From NCBI RefSeq assembly GCF_001194135.2, contig NC_068983.1, positions 138,061,583 to 138,125,582 on the forward strand: DNA of 64,000 bases, read 5' to 3'. Positions 1 to 13,311 of this stretch are shown here, one piece after another. Made by a program: the position numbers and the translations under genes. The DNA is from Octopus bimaculoides (lineage: Eukaryota). Within the stretch, counting starts at the first letter, position 1, and every line of letters starts with the position of its first letter. The notes beneath the pieces are model-generated. The model worked only from the letters and a program-made list of their open reading frames with translations. It was not told the DNA's origin and did not search any database.

Positions 1-310
1 GTAAGAGGATATAATTCATAGACACCTTTTACAACGACCGATGTCGAAATCAATAGCAATATTTTAACTTCATAACGGTTATACCGTTATATGTATCAGA
101 TACCTGGTAGAGTCTAAGTAATTTAAGGAAACATAAAGATAAGAAAAAAAATGATAATATTGTATCAATGATAATTCTTGATATAATCTGGCACGGATCA
201 GTAATTCTGAAGAGTTTCTGACACAGCAAACAAATTTTAATAATTCTTTCAATTTATATGTTTAACTTTCGTATTTATGTAAGTGTTGAGTCGCTATTAT
301 TACTGATTTA

Positions 311-537
311 TTGTTTATCTCCAGGTCAAAATAATCGCACAAAGCTGTAATCAAAATTATTTCAACAGATATCAGTCTATCTTATATTTTTAGTGTGTTT
401 GCTATTCAGATACATTGTTTCTGAGACTACATATTTCAATATCTCCTTCATTTCAAAAGAAAGTAGGGTGTGATTTGAGGGAGATATGAGATCTATTTCT
501 GGGAAGAAGACGATCACGTAGAAGCTTCCTTGTTGGC
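311..537. repeat. Decayed interspersed repeat (family D, unclassified)
   Basis: The motif gtgtgatttgagggagat...ctatttct has degenerate counterparts at about 6940-6975 and 50720-50760. Confidence 0.45.
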
Positions 538-2491
538 GTAATATATTCATTCGTTAACTCTAGTCATTAAGAGCGTCGCCGTACCTGAAACCTCACTGGA
601 GTTTAACTTCCCATAATTCTCATTTAATCTAGATTGATAAAATTAGTGTTAATGATCCACTCTAGGAAGCAGTAGCAGATAACAAAACTCTGCGGAAACA
701 ACAAATATCATAGGGATTAAAAATCGGAGAACAAAATTTTCATGAGACGTAGATTAATAAAGATAGCAAGATGAATTTTATCTTTTCAAGGAAAATCCAC
801 CTGCAGCATACATTTGTGAAGTATCAGTGTTTTTATACTAGATCTGTGGCTGAAGCTACAGATCGAGGGTTAAACTTCACAGCCATCACATTCTTCCTCT
901 CTTCCTTCTCTTTAACTTTTTCCTCCAGGTAGTCTCTATTGTCGACAAAAATGAAGGAAATTTATTGTTATTGGGAATGGACTTGGTTGAAAAAAAAAAG
1001 TTTTAATCGAAATATGAAGGAAAATTTCATAGAAAGTTGAAAATTGTCATATGAAAAAATGTGTCTGATGGCTACTTGCTTAAAGTGAAGAAATTATGTA
1101 TTTAAATGAAAAAAATCAAAGTTTATCAATGAAATTTGAATATCACATATTTAGAAAAATGTAATAATAAGGATAATATTAAGAAAAATGTTAATATTAT
1201 TGTAAGATTTGCTGGCGACATCCATAAATGGGACCAACAAAAGGCAATGGATTGACTGTTCTCTATAGAAATGAATGCGTGTTTTGAACGTGTACAACGT
1301 CAGTTCCGTTGTGCACAAGTGCACAAGTGTTGAAAGAAGTAACGGAAATGAAAGAATAGTTCGACGACAACATTCTTATTGTTATGAAATATGAATAATA
1401 TTTGTTATTATTCACATCAGTATTGTTATTTATAAGCTGTTTTGAAAACAAAAGGAAAATTTCGTAAAAGTGAAAAGAAATGTGTTTTTTTTAAAAATGA
1501 ATTCGACAGATAAAGTATGGCTATCCAAAATATGAAAAGAATTTAATATAACTATGAAATTAATATAAATGTGAATTTTTTCAAGAAATTCCTTATGTGG
1601 GATGATTGCCTGAAGTTAGGTAGTTACAAGTAAGAAACCAAATCTATCAACAAAATTCGATTTCCACCTCGACCACAAGGACGACGCCGCCGACGAACAC
1701 TACCACCACCACCACCACCACCNNNNNNNNNNNNNNNNNNNNNNNNNNNNNNNNNNNNNNNNNNNNNNNNNNNNNNNNNNNNNNNNNNNNNNNNNNNNNN
1801 NNNNNNNNNNNNNNNNNNNNNNNNNNNNNNNNNNNNNNNNNNNNNNNNNNNNNNNNNNNNNNNNNNNNNNNNNNNNNNNNNNNNNNNNNNNNNNNNNNNN
1901 NNNNNNNNNNNNNNNNNNNNNNNNNNNNNNNNNNNNNNNNNNNNNNNNNNNNNNNNNNNNNNNNNNNNNNNNNNNNNNNNNNNNNNNNNNNNNNNNNNNN
2001 NNNNNNNNNNNNNNNNNNNNNNNNNNNNNNNNNNNNNNNNNNNNNNNNNNNNNNNNNNNNNNNNNNNNNNNNNNNNNNNNNNNNNNNNNNNNNNNNNNNN
2101 NNNNNNNNNNNNNNNNNNNNNNNNNNNNNNNNNNNNNNNNNNNNNNNNNNNNNNNNNNNNNNNNNNNNNNNNNNNNNNNNNNNNNNNNNNNNNNNNNNNN
2201 NNNNNNNNNNNNNNNNNNNNNNNNNNNNNNNNNNNNNNNNNNNNNNNNNNNNNNNNNNNNNNNNNNNNNNNNNNNNNNNNNNNNNNNNNNNNNNNNNNNN
2301 NNNNNNNNNNNNNNNNNNNNNNNNNNNNNNNNNNNNNNNNNNNNNNNNNNNNNNNNNNNNNNNNNNNNNNNNNNNNNNNNNNNNNNNNNNNNNNNNNNNN
2401 NNNNNNNNNNNNNNNNNNNNNNNNNNNNNNNNNNNNNNNNNNNNNNNNNNNNNNNNNNNNNNNNNNNNNNNNNNNNNNNNNNNNNNNNNNN

Positions 2492-2492
2492 N

Positions 2493-2568
<76 letters not shown>

Positions 2569-2618
2569 TGTGTGTATGCATATAAATGTACACACACACA
2601 CACACACACACACACGCA
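2492..2618. repeat. Compound (TA)n-(TG)n-(CA)n microsatellite
   Basis: Seen directly next to an assembly gap. Confidence 0.95.
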
Positions 2619-3162
2619 CGCTTTGAGGAAATACGATGGATCTATGAGAGAAAAGATCTTTATGACCAGAATGAAACAAAGAATTTCAACGATATTAAAC
2701 TTGATGACCAATGAAACAATGATTCCAAAGCTGGAATGTTGGAATTTACAGCTGAGTGAAATTTTGATGGGCAGTTAATGACTAATACTAAACTATACTG
2801 TTATTGTCAAAGCAAGACAGCCAACCCTTCAAATTGACTACAGTTTCGATTTGGACGCCAGGACAGACCAAAACATCTCTAGTCTTAAGATAACTGATAA
2901 GAAATATGACTTGTATCTTTAAGCAGTATATGTGGAAAAAAGAACTTGTATGTATGTTTATAAACATGCACACATATACTCAAAACAATATACTCAACTG
3001 TAAGTATGGAAAACAATTAAATTTTGGAAAAATTTAATGAAAAGTTTTTTAAAAGAATATTTGCATAGTTTTCAAATACAAGGGGTATTCTCCTTGTTTC
3101 TGCCTGTCTCTGTGTCTCTTGTTTACTCTTGTGGGGTCGAGGTCGTTGTGAATTCTTGGCAG

Positions 3163-3238
3163 AGAAGAAGAAGAAGAAGAAGAAGAAGAAGAAGAAGAAG
3201 AAGAAGAAGAAGAAGAAGAAGAAGAAGAAGAAGAAGAA
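3163..3238. repeat. (AGA)n trinucleotide microsatellite, about 25 units
   Basis: Seen directly; it explains the poly-Arg ORF. Confidence 0.97.
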
Positions 3239-4749
3239 AAAAATGCGAGAGTGCTATGATATTAGTTGGATGTTAAATGGTCAAGTACCCTGAAAGTGAC
3301 TTGTTGTGGATGGTAGTAGTGATTGAATTCTTGGATATCTCTTTTGAATATATCATTTTTAATATTTGCGTGTGTGTTATTCATTGTGATTTCAAATCTT
3401 TGCCCTGATGGCGAGTTGTGTTCTTGAGCAAAATACTTCATGTCACATTTTTTGCCTTCCCTCTCTGCTTTCTGTATCTCTCTCTGTTCCTTACTACTTT
3501 TCTCCCTCACACTACTGACATGTTACCTATGGTCATCGTCTTGTCTTCTTTGTTTTCACGCCGACCGCTGAGAGACCAGTCGTATTTTCACTTGCTTCCC
3601 ACCACTCTCATCACGTTTCACTGTCCTTCTGTTAATCTTCATTTCAATCATTCAATCATGTCTCCTGTCAGTCCTTAAAGCCATATTTTGTTTATATATT
3701 TCAGTTTGCCTGTAAGTTCCCAGTTTTCGTTCTATTTGTTTTCCTCTTTGTCCCTCGTCCGTCCACTAATTGCCTCGGTTTGAATTGCACTTATCTCATG
3801 ATTGTATATTCAGTTTCTGTATTGTATAGTTGTTCATTTATTGTTTGTTCATTTTCTGGCATGTATGGTTGCTTGTTTATTGGCTCGCCATTTCCCAACG
3901 GCCTCTTGCTATCGGCGCCACCAAAGGGCAATAACAATATCGCTGAAGGCGCGAAATTGCGTTTGACTATCTGGCTGATTACGGATGAAGATTTGGCAAT
4001 CTTTTTGTCTGTTTCCCATTTCTTTGTAAATTTATTACATGGTATTTTACTTGTTACACACACACACACACACACANNNNNNNNNNNNNNNNNNNNNNNN
4101 NNNNNNNNNNNNNNNNNNNNNNNNNNNNNNNNNNNNNNNNNNNNNNNNNNNNNNNNNNNNNNNNNNNNNNNNNNNNNNNNNNNNNNNNNNNNNNNNNNNN
4201 NNNNNNNNNNNNNNNNNNNNNNNNNNNNNNNNNNNNNNNNNNNNNNNNNNNNNNNNNNNNNNNNNNNNNNNNNNNNNNNNNNNNNNNNNNNNNNNNNNNN
4301 NNNNNNNNNNNNNNNNNNNNNNNNNNNNNNNNNNNNNNNNNNNNNNNNNNNNNNNNNNNNNNNNNNNNNNNNNNNNNNNNNNNNNNNNNNNNNNNNNNNN
4401 NNNNNNNNNNNNNNNNNNNNNNNNNNNNNNNNNNNNNNNNNNNNNNNNNNNNNNNNNNNNNNNNNNNNNNNNNNNNNNNNNNNNNNNNNNNNNNNNNNNN
4501 NNNNNNNNNNNNNNNNNNNNNNNNNNNNNNNNNNNNNNNNNNNNNNNNNNNNNNNNNNNNNNNNNNNNNNNNNNNNNNNNNNNNNNNNNNNNNNNNNNNN
4601 NNNNNNNNNNNNNNNNNNNNNNNNNNNNNNNNNNNNNNNNNNNNNNNNNNNNNNNNNNNNNNNNNNNNNNNNNNNNNNNNNNNNNNNNNNNNNNNNNNNN
4701 NNNNNNNNNNNNNNNNNNNNNNNNNNNNNNNNNNNNNNNNNNNNNNNTC

Positions 4750-5015
4750 ATTTACCAGACTATCCGATGTCGTTATCCTTCGCTTCACGTTGTTTTAGCT
4801 TTCCCTTCATGCAACCACGCTAGCTAAGAGAGCAGGCTAATATTCCTCAGATAGGAAGGCTCTTTCATTACAAGGTTACCCATTTACAATTCAGAGTGCC
4901 AGAGAGACGTGAAATGAAGTGTTTTGCTCAAGGACACGATGCGTTGCCCGTTCGGGAATCGAATCCACGATCAAGTGATAGTGAGTGCAACATGCTAAGC
5001 CAAGGTGCTTCGCAT
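4750..5015 (-). mobile_element. tRNA-derived SINE with CORE-like segment
   Basis: Minus strand reads tggcttagcatg (A-box-like), ggattcgattccc (B-box), then ccttgagcaaaacacttcatttcac, resembling the CORE-SINE motif ccttgggcaagtcactt. Confidence 0.7.
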
Positions 5016-5016
5016 A

Positions 5017-5063
<47 letters not shown>

Positions 5064-5294
5064 ACACACACACTCGCACACATATATGCACACACACGCA
5101 CATGTATATGTATTCGCACACTCATACATATAGTATTATAAACGCATAAAAACAACGAACATTGAATAAACGACTAAGTAGATGTGTAGAATCTAATATA
5201 AAATTGTTGTGACTTAGGACTTACTCCAATAGGGGGTTATATGAACTGTCAGTTTGAATAAGCCCTGACAAGAACAAAATTTGGTTCCTGTATT

Positions 5295-5296
<2 letters not shown>

Positions 5297-5377
<81 letters not shown>

Positions 5378-5552
5378 ACAGATGTATATATGTCCGTGTG
5401 TTTGTGTGCGTGTTTGCATGTGTGTGTGCGTGTTCCAGCACGCGTGCGTGAGTACATGTACATATACATGTGTGTGTATATGTATGTATGCAAGCATATA
5501 TGTACGCATGTATGTATGTATGTATGTATGTATGTATGTATGTATGTATGTA

Positions 5553-5601
<49 letters not shown>
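5297..5601. repeat. Compound (CA)n/(TG)n/(TATG)n/(TC)n microsatellite
   Basis: Seen directly; runs into a gap. Confidence 0.95.
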
Positions 5602-6814
5602 NNNNNNNNNNNNNNNNNNNNNNNNNNNNNNNNNNNNNNNNNNNNNNNNNNNNNNNNNNNNNNNNNNNNNNNNNNNNNNNNNNNNNNNNNNNNNNNNNNN
5701 NNNNNNNNNNNNNNNNNNNNNNNNNNNNNNNNNNNNNNNNNNNNNNNNNNNNNNNNNNNNNNNNNNNNNNNNNNNNNNNNNNNNNNNNNNNNNNNNNNNN
5801 NNNNNNNNNNNNNNNNNNNNNNNNNNNNNNNNNNNNNNNNNNNNNNNNNNNNNNNNNNNNNNNNNNNNNNNNNNNNNNNNNNNNNNNNNNNNNNNNNNNN
5901 NNNNNNNNNNNNNNNNNNNNNNNNNNNNNNNNNNNNNNNNNNNNNNNNNNNNNNNNNNNNNNNNNNNNNNNNNNNNNNNNNNNNNNNNNNNNNNNNNNNN
6001 NNNNNNNNNNNNNNNNNNNNNNNNNNNNNNNNNNNNNNNNNNNNNNNNNNNNNNNNNNNNNNNNNNNNNNNNNNNNNNNNNNNNNNNNNNNNNNNNNNNN
6101 NNNNNNNNNNNNNNNNNNNNNNNNNNNNNNNNNNNNNNNNNNNNNNNNNNNNNNNNNNNNNNNNNNNNNNNNNNNNNNNNNNNNNNNNNNNNNNNNNNNN
6201 NNNNNNNNNNNNNNNNNNNNNNNNNNNNNNNNNNNNNNNNNNNNNNNNNNNNNNNNNNNNNNNNNNNNNNNNNNNNNNNNNNNNNNNNNNNNNNNNNNNN
6301 NNNNNNNNNNNNNNNNNNNNNNNNNNNNNNNNNNNNNNNNNNNNNNNNNNNNNNNNNNNNNNATGCATGCACACATACACATACAATACCTAAAATACAC
6401 TTACAAACACATTCACATATAAATAGTTCGAACTGGAGATATTGATTTACTTCATATTGCAATAACAGACTTGCTGGCCGTCATGTTTATTTATTTACTT
6501 TTTTATTCATTTTTTATATATCCACCTTACATGATGTATTGGAGAGAAGTTCAGAAAGTGGTAGTTGGGGTTTGTGCGGCTGTCAATCAGTGAACGAAGA
6601 ACCAATAACTCTAACAGATAACGAAGAAAATTTCATAAACACATATATAGCTACTTTGAGTGTGGCGTAAAGGTAAGTGTGTAATGTCTTAATGAGACGG
6701 AGAGATGAAGGAGGTTCGATTTCCAGTTTTTGTACCTTCATTAGCAACGTTAATTATATCGTTAGGAAAAATAATATGAACGTTAAATCTCGGCATTTGT
6801 TGCTTATGTGGTGA

Positions 6815-6990
6815 TTGTTTAAGCACGTGATCAAACTGTCCTATAGCTAACGAAGTCTCAGTCATAAATATTTTCGTACATATCACAAATCTAATGTATC
6901 TTGCTTGACATTAATTGAAGTATCTTTCACTCCAAAGACGATTTAAATGTGATTTAATTGTTATTTCTAGCGAATCGATTGTATAGGAGA
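6815..6990. repeat. Decayed copy of family D repeat
   Basis: gatttaaatgtgatttaattgttatttctagc resembles the 470-500 segment. Confidence 0.35.
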
Positions 6991-8579
6991 TAAATTTAAA
7001 TGTGAACTTCTGAGTAAAAAGAAATTGCTGAACGTTTGTGGGTAGGGATAGCTTCAGCACTTTTCTTCAGTAAAAAAGAAAAGGAGAAAGAAAAATGTAG
7101 GTTTACTCAGTAAATCGAAACCACCCAGTACTCTGTCCTGGTTCAAGTGATCATGGCAGGAACGCATCTGAATACAGGGTATTTAATATATGCTTACCTG
7201 CGTCTAAATAAGAAACAACAAATCTCGATGAAACAACAAGTTTCGATAAATTACAAGGCAATAGTAGAGTATTAGATTAAAATAAAACGGTGAAGCATAA
7301 ATTAACATACACCCGACATTCTTTTGTTAATTTTGGTTGAGGCTTTAGATTTTCATGAAAGAGAATAATAATATTTTGAAGAGTTAATGCTTTGACTAAC
7401 GGTATTAAGGGCACGAACGTGTTAAATAAAAGGGGATAAAATATGTACTACCTTTTACACTTATCAAGTTAAGTGTTGTTAGTCTGCCCTCTCCATTAAG
7501 TAGTTCTGCTTGAAATGTACCAAAAGGTGCAGCCGCACCAAACACTCTATTACGGTTCTACATGTGATCATATTGCGCAACAATATACACTGAACGTACA
7601 ACTTTAAGATCTGCCACAATTGAATTTACCTAATTAATAGTGACAGAAACAGTATCAATAAAAAAGGGTAATCTTTATATCCAACTTAATGTGGATGGTT
7701 TGTTAGAACACCGAATACTCCGTTATTTACCCTGAAAGAATTTCTCCAGGTACATAACGCAGTACTTGGTGTTGTAGCAAAGCAATGATATTAAGTGGGA
7801 TATAAAGATTGCCTTTGAATATAACATATTTATAAATTGTTTTGAACTATTTAGAGAATAAAAACAATAAAGGACTTGCAAATTATAAGTTAGCATATAT
7901 TTAAGATAACGATTAAATTTCTTTTCTCGTCAATTGTCCCTACCTGCCATCTATTCATCTATATAACCAATTCTATAACTTGGTATCCGCCTTCTCTGAT
8001 TCATACTTTTTTCCTTTCTCACACGCATACACTTACACGTGTGAATTGCAAAAATTCTGTTCTAAAATGCTTAGAGTTGTAAATAGAAAGTTGGGTGAAA
8101 TATTTCCTCCAAAGTACAAAGGTAAAAGTTGCAGATTAGCATTATCACTAAAATTGTTTTCAAATAGGATGAATTTCTTTGAAACATAAATGAATATAGA
8201 AAGATATATTTGTATATAGAGAGGAATAGAAAAGGGTATAAAGGTAAAAGTATATGGATGAAGGGTGACAGGGAGGAAGAATAAAAGAGATATATAGGTG
8301 CAAGAGTTAGAGGGAAGGTGATGATGCAAAAAAAAAAGAATGATATAATACAAGAAGGGTTTTTATAATTCTACAGGATCCGTTTCCACGAGTACAATTG
8401 GAGTAAAATTTGGGTAAGTTATAGATAGAATGTATGTAAGGCAAAATGTGAAAATATAGTTAAATGATATTAATTGAGTGATTACCACTAAATGTATAAG
8501 ATATAATAATATCTTAACTCTATGTAGCTAAATATAAATTGGTGACGTTTGGACACACGCACGCAAGCGCACACGCACG

Positions 8580-8621
<42 letters not shown>

Positions 8622-9015
8622 CACACACACACGTACATGCACATTCATATATACATACATATACATACATATGCATATATACATGCATGTACACACACAT
8701 ATGTACAAACACACATTTGAAATATGGACGAAGTAAAAAGTAGATAGAAAGCAAGACTTGAAGGGGCGAGGGAGTAAGTCAATAAACATGTAGAAGTGAA
8801 TTAGTATGTTTAAAAAAACAAGGAATTAAAATTAACAACGGTGATAAAAATAAATTTCGTGGAAATTTGTAATTACAAGGAGTAATAAATATAAGATATG
8901 AATACAAGTAATAAAATACTATACTAAAAATATTAAAATTAGAATCAAAAGTGTTGAATCGAGAGACTTGATGACACTTGTTTATGATAGACAAAAGGAG
9001 AATAATAATATAAAA

Positions 9016-10270
9016 TTTTTGATTTAAAACTGACAGATGTCAACTTCCCAATAAATTGTCCCAAATTACTTTTATTTATAAAAAAAAAACAACTTGGAGT
9101 TAAGGAAATTTAAGTATGTTTTCCATTAAAATTTAAAGAAGAAATGAAGCTATATGGGAACTTTTAACTAGATTTTTATACAATCAGATAAAGCCAGAAA
9201 ATTGTATGATATAAACAAAAAACATTAGACTCATTAGTAACATTGTCAAGAATTATAAGGAAACTACTCAACATTAATTCTTAAGGTTAAGTCATAAAAG
9301 TAAATCTAAATATCCACACCAGAAATCATCCTTGATCGAAATAAAGTTAATTTTCGACAAAATTCTTCAAATCAATCAAGCCCACTAAAACTGATTTGGG
9401 GGAAATTAGCAAGCACATTCTTGACAGAATAACGAAATATCACATTATATTTGTGGTAAAATATTCAATATTAACCAGTTTCAGAGAATTCTTCATAATG
9501 CCAACCCCTTAAAATGCACTCCTCTATTAGTCTTCCTTTCTTTAGTAAAGGCATGATGTCTCCAAATCCATCGTTAACGTCCAAAATTTTGTCATTGATA
9601 TGATTACTCTTGTTAAGATTCATTATGAATTTTAAAATATCACCATATACTCCTTGATGACCACATAGGTAGGGCAATATCAGTAGAAATTAGTGATCCT
9701 GCTGGCCTTTTCTGTTTTTACATCGTAAAAGCAAATTCCAGTCGTTACAAGGGGGTTTTCATTTGGAAGACAGTGTACCACTGTTAAATAACAGCCAGTC
9801 TACACAATTAAGAAAGGAGGAAAGAATATAGATTATAGGTCACTTCTGAAACTAAATTAAACATAGGTGACTTTTAGATGTAAATTTTAACAATTTTTAG
9901 TTTAGAAAATTGAAGAATCATTAAACTATATCCTTAAAGCAAATAATTTGGTTTAGAAAATTTTGCTTAACATCCCAAACATCTCTCAGCATACAAACCG
10001 TTAAAGGAAGCAACACAGTACTACAATGGAGCCTTAGGTAGAAGTGATTTTTGAGGCAAATGTTTCTATATCGAACCCACTGCGGTCACACGTATACACC
10101 ATCACCACCATCAGTAACAGAAAAAGAATAGAACTGGCAATATCACATGGTATAATCTTCCTTCCTTTTCGTTGTAATTAACTCGACAGCCAGAATTTTT
10201 CCTCCTTCTTAGGATATGTTTTAATAAGAACACCATTAAAATAACTTATCCTGTTTCAACAATTTGCATT
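9016..10270 (+). mobile_element. Decayed Penelope-like element (PLE) reverse transcriptase pseudogene
   Basis: Colinear frameshifted motifs: SDKARKLY (about 9184), KPTKTDLGEISKHILDRI (9378-9431), GFHLEDSV at the GLYRDDGL position (9754), LLDVNFN (9871), KKNRTGNITWYNLP (10121), FNKNTIKITY (10220). The order matches PLE RT motifs NPAKSEIG.ISK.ILD, YRDDGL, FLDVTFN, R.R.IIWFNPP, FN.NT.K.SY. Confidence 0.75.
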
Positions 10271-10339
10271 AACTCTATATTCATTTAATCTTCACAAATT
10301 CAATTCTACATAGTAACCCTAATAGAAGTTGTAATATTG

Positions 10340-10484
10340 ATTTCAAATTTTAGCACAAGGCCAGCAATTTCGGGAGCGGAGAGGTAAATCGATTACATCG
10401 ACCTCAGTAATCAACTAGTACTTATTTTATCGACCTCCAAGGAATTAATGCAAAGTCGACCACGGCGGAATTTGAACTCAGAAT
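10340..10484 (-). mobile_element. tRNA-derived SINE family A, 5'-truncated
   Basis: Reverse complement of the body at 21410-21500 (ctgagttcaaattccgcc..gtcgactttgc..gtcgataaaataagtac). Confidence 0.85.
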
Positions 10485-10790
10485 AGTAGTAGCAAGATTA
10501 ATTATAATTGTTATTTGAACTACAAATGTCAGCATAGTGGTATTGTATCCCGTTCCAATGTTACTACCAGCAACTCAGTAAACACGTATATAAGTTTATA
10601 TTAATATCTTCATGTTATATTACAATAAAATCATACATAAATATTCAGGAACTCCAAAAGGAAAGTGAAATTTCAAGCTGGAAATATGTTTTGAGCCAAT
10701 GGAGAACAGTAGCTAGTGCAATGTCTTATACACCACCAACTGCAAGGAAATGATCTTTTATTTCTATTATCATCATCATCTGAGTCATAT

Positions 10791-10994
10791 AAGGCGGTAT
10801 GCTGGCAGAATCGTTAGCATGCCGGGAAAAATGCTTAGTGACATTTCGTCCAACTTTACATACTGAGTTCACATTCCAGCGAGGTCAGCTTTGCCTTTCA
10901 TTCTCTGGGTCGATAAAATAAGTAACAGTTGAGGATTGGGGTCGACTTATTCCCTCCCCCAAACTTGCTGACCTTGTGCCAAAATTTGAAACCA
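10791..10994 (+). mobile_element. tRNA-derived SINE family A, near full length
   Basis: Head aaggcggtatgctggcagaatcgttagc, degenerate B-box gagttcacattcc, tail ccttgtgccaaaatttgaaac; aligns with the 21338 copy except for the tail. Confidence 0.88.
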
Positions 10995-11029
10995 CTATTA
11001 TATGAGTCATCGCCGTCGTCATGTATCGA

Positions 11030-11290
11030 ACGCCTGCAGTACATTGTCTTCCCGACTATGTTCTCCAGTTGCCATGCAGCTCCTCTCCAACCAACCAACT
11101 ACTGATATTGTTTACTATTCCTTCCATGATAATATTTCCAGACATCTACTTCTTCGACTATGGCCATAATACATGAGCTTTTGCTTTTTCGCAGTACTCA
11201 GGAGCTGTCGTCTGAGTATATTTGTTACTTTTTCATCAGTTGTATTTTTGTTATCGTTATTATTTTTATTTTCGATATTTCCATCGCCTT
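11030..11290 (-). mobile_element. RTE-like LINE 3' fragment
   Basis: Minus translation RQLLSTAKKQKLMYYGH followed after a frameshift by NIIMEGIV, resembling the RTE C-terminal motif LL..IK.RKL.YFGH...IMEG.V. Confidence 0.45.
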
Positions 11291-11331
11291 TTTACTTAAG
11301 TCTTGCTTCCAATGAAAAAGTGTCCTGCTGA

Positions 11332-11373
<42 letters not shown>

Positions 11374-12946
11374 NNNNNNNNNNNNNNNNNNNNNNNNNNN
11401 NNNNNNNNNNNNNNNNNNNNNNNNNNNNNNNNNNNNNNNNNNNNNNNNNNNNNNNNNNNNNNNNNNNNNNNNNNNNNNNNNNNNNNNNNNNNNNNNNNNN
11501 NNNNNNNNNNNNNNNNNNNNNNNNNNNNNNNNNNNNNNNNNNNNNNNNNNNNNNNNNNNNNNNNNNNNNNNNNNNNNNNNNNNNNNNNNNNNNNNNNNNN
11601 NNNNNNNNNNNNNNNNNNNNNNNNNNNNNNNNNNNNNNNNNNNNNNNNNNNNNNNNNNNNNNNNNNNNNNNNNNNNNNNNNNNNNNNNNNNNNNNNNNNN
11701 NNNNNNNNNNNNNNNNNNNNNNNNNNNNNNNNNNNNNNNNNNNNNNNNNNNNNNNNNNNNNNNNNNNNNNNNNNNNNNNNNNNNNNNNNNNNNNNNNNNN
11801 NNNNNNNNNNNNNNNNNNNNNNNNNNNNNNNNNNNNNNNNTATATATATATATATATATATATATCGTCACTTCCTTTTCCTGTTAATTTCCTTCTGATT
11901 ATATATTTACTCTCCTAATGAGTGTGATATAGTTTTGCTACAGTTTCTATTTTCAACATACTATATATAATATTTCTTTCTGTAGATATCAACCATATCA
12001 CCAAGGGAATCTTTCATCACCGATGTATATTTATTTAGCTACGCAGATTTAACTTATTCACTTTGTTCATTTAGACGTAATGTCTATATTCAAATATGTT
12101 TTAGCGACTATTATTCTCTCATTTTGAGTTACCGAGACTTCGCCTTTAACATGTTTCCTAATTTTACCTCAATTTTACCCGCTTAGATGAATCCCGATAA
12201 CACTGTAAAACCCATTTCAACGCTCAGCCATTTTTTAGCTCCTACATCGCTTTCTCTCTTTCTTCCTTGTATCTCCTTCCATCAACGTATTCCTACACCA
12301 TATCTCTTTCTATTCTTTTCTGTGTTTCCTGTTTTTTTTTTAATATTAACCTTCAAATAAATACGTTTTATTCAAAACTGTTTTATTGATATATTTATCG
12401 ATATCTTTACCCTTAGCCAGTTCTTTGCCTCCTTTTCTGTGGTTTAATGTTTTTTACTAGATTAAAAGAAAAGTATTATGCTCACCTTTCTTTTGACCCC
12501 CTTCGCATTTTAGTTCAAAATTTCCGCACCGTTATTCAATTCGTAAAGTTTTCTCACAAATGTTGTTTACTTTCTCCAGATTATTATTTCTATACAGTTC
12601 ACTTTCTTTCCCTCTTGCACACATTTTTAACAGTCTATTTAAGTTTTACTAAATCTTTTACTTCTATACGGGAATATTCAATTAATTATGCAACACCTTA
12701 TAAAATTCATACACTACTTATCAAATAGATAAAATTATCTTGGTTTTTATTTACTATTGATTGTGTCTACTATCAGCATCAGTTATTTCGTATTTGCTTC
12801 TTCACACTCTTATGGCCATCTCCTTCATATTATTACTGTGTCCTATTCCTATTTACTTTAACCCGTGTACATAATTTAATCTATCTATATTACAATACAT
12901 ACATACGTTTATACATACATACATATATAAATGTATATCTACATAC

Positions 12947-12992
<46 letters not shown>

Positions 12993-13211
12993 NNNNNNNN
13001 NNNNNNNNNNNNNNNNNNNNNNNNNNNNNNNNNNNNNNNNNNNNNNNNNNNNNNNNNNNNNNNNNNNNNNNNNNNNNNNNNNNNNNNNNNNNNNNNNNNN
13101 NNNNNNNNNNNNNNNNNNNNNNNNNNNNNNNNNNNNNNNNNNNNNNNNNNNNNNNNNNNNNNNNNNNNNNNNNNNNNNNNNNNNNNNNNNCATACTGATT
13201 ACTTGGATAAT

Positions 13212-13229
13212 TATGCCTGAGCAACATGA

Positions 13230-13296
<67 letters not shown>

Positions 13297-13311
13297 TGCC
13301 GCTCAGGCATA
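13212..13311. repeat. 20 bp inverted repeat (18/20) enclosing (TACA)n(TA)n
   Basis: tatgcctgagcaacatgata at 13212-13231 versus tatcatgccgctcaggcata at 13292-13311. Confidence 0.7.

Noticed and set aside
1-6. Window begins with GTAAGA, a splice-donor-like hexamer
   Set aside because: No upstream context is available and the hexamer is common by chance.
9471-9800. Minus-strand 68 aa ORF or an inversion within the PLE
   Set aside because: PLE RT motifs continue colinearly on the plus strand, so the minus ORF is incidental.
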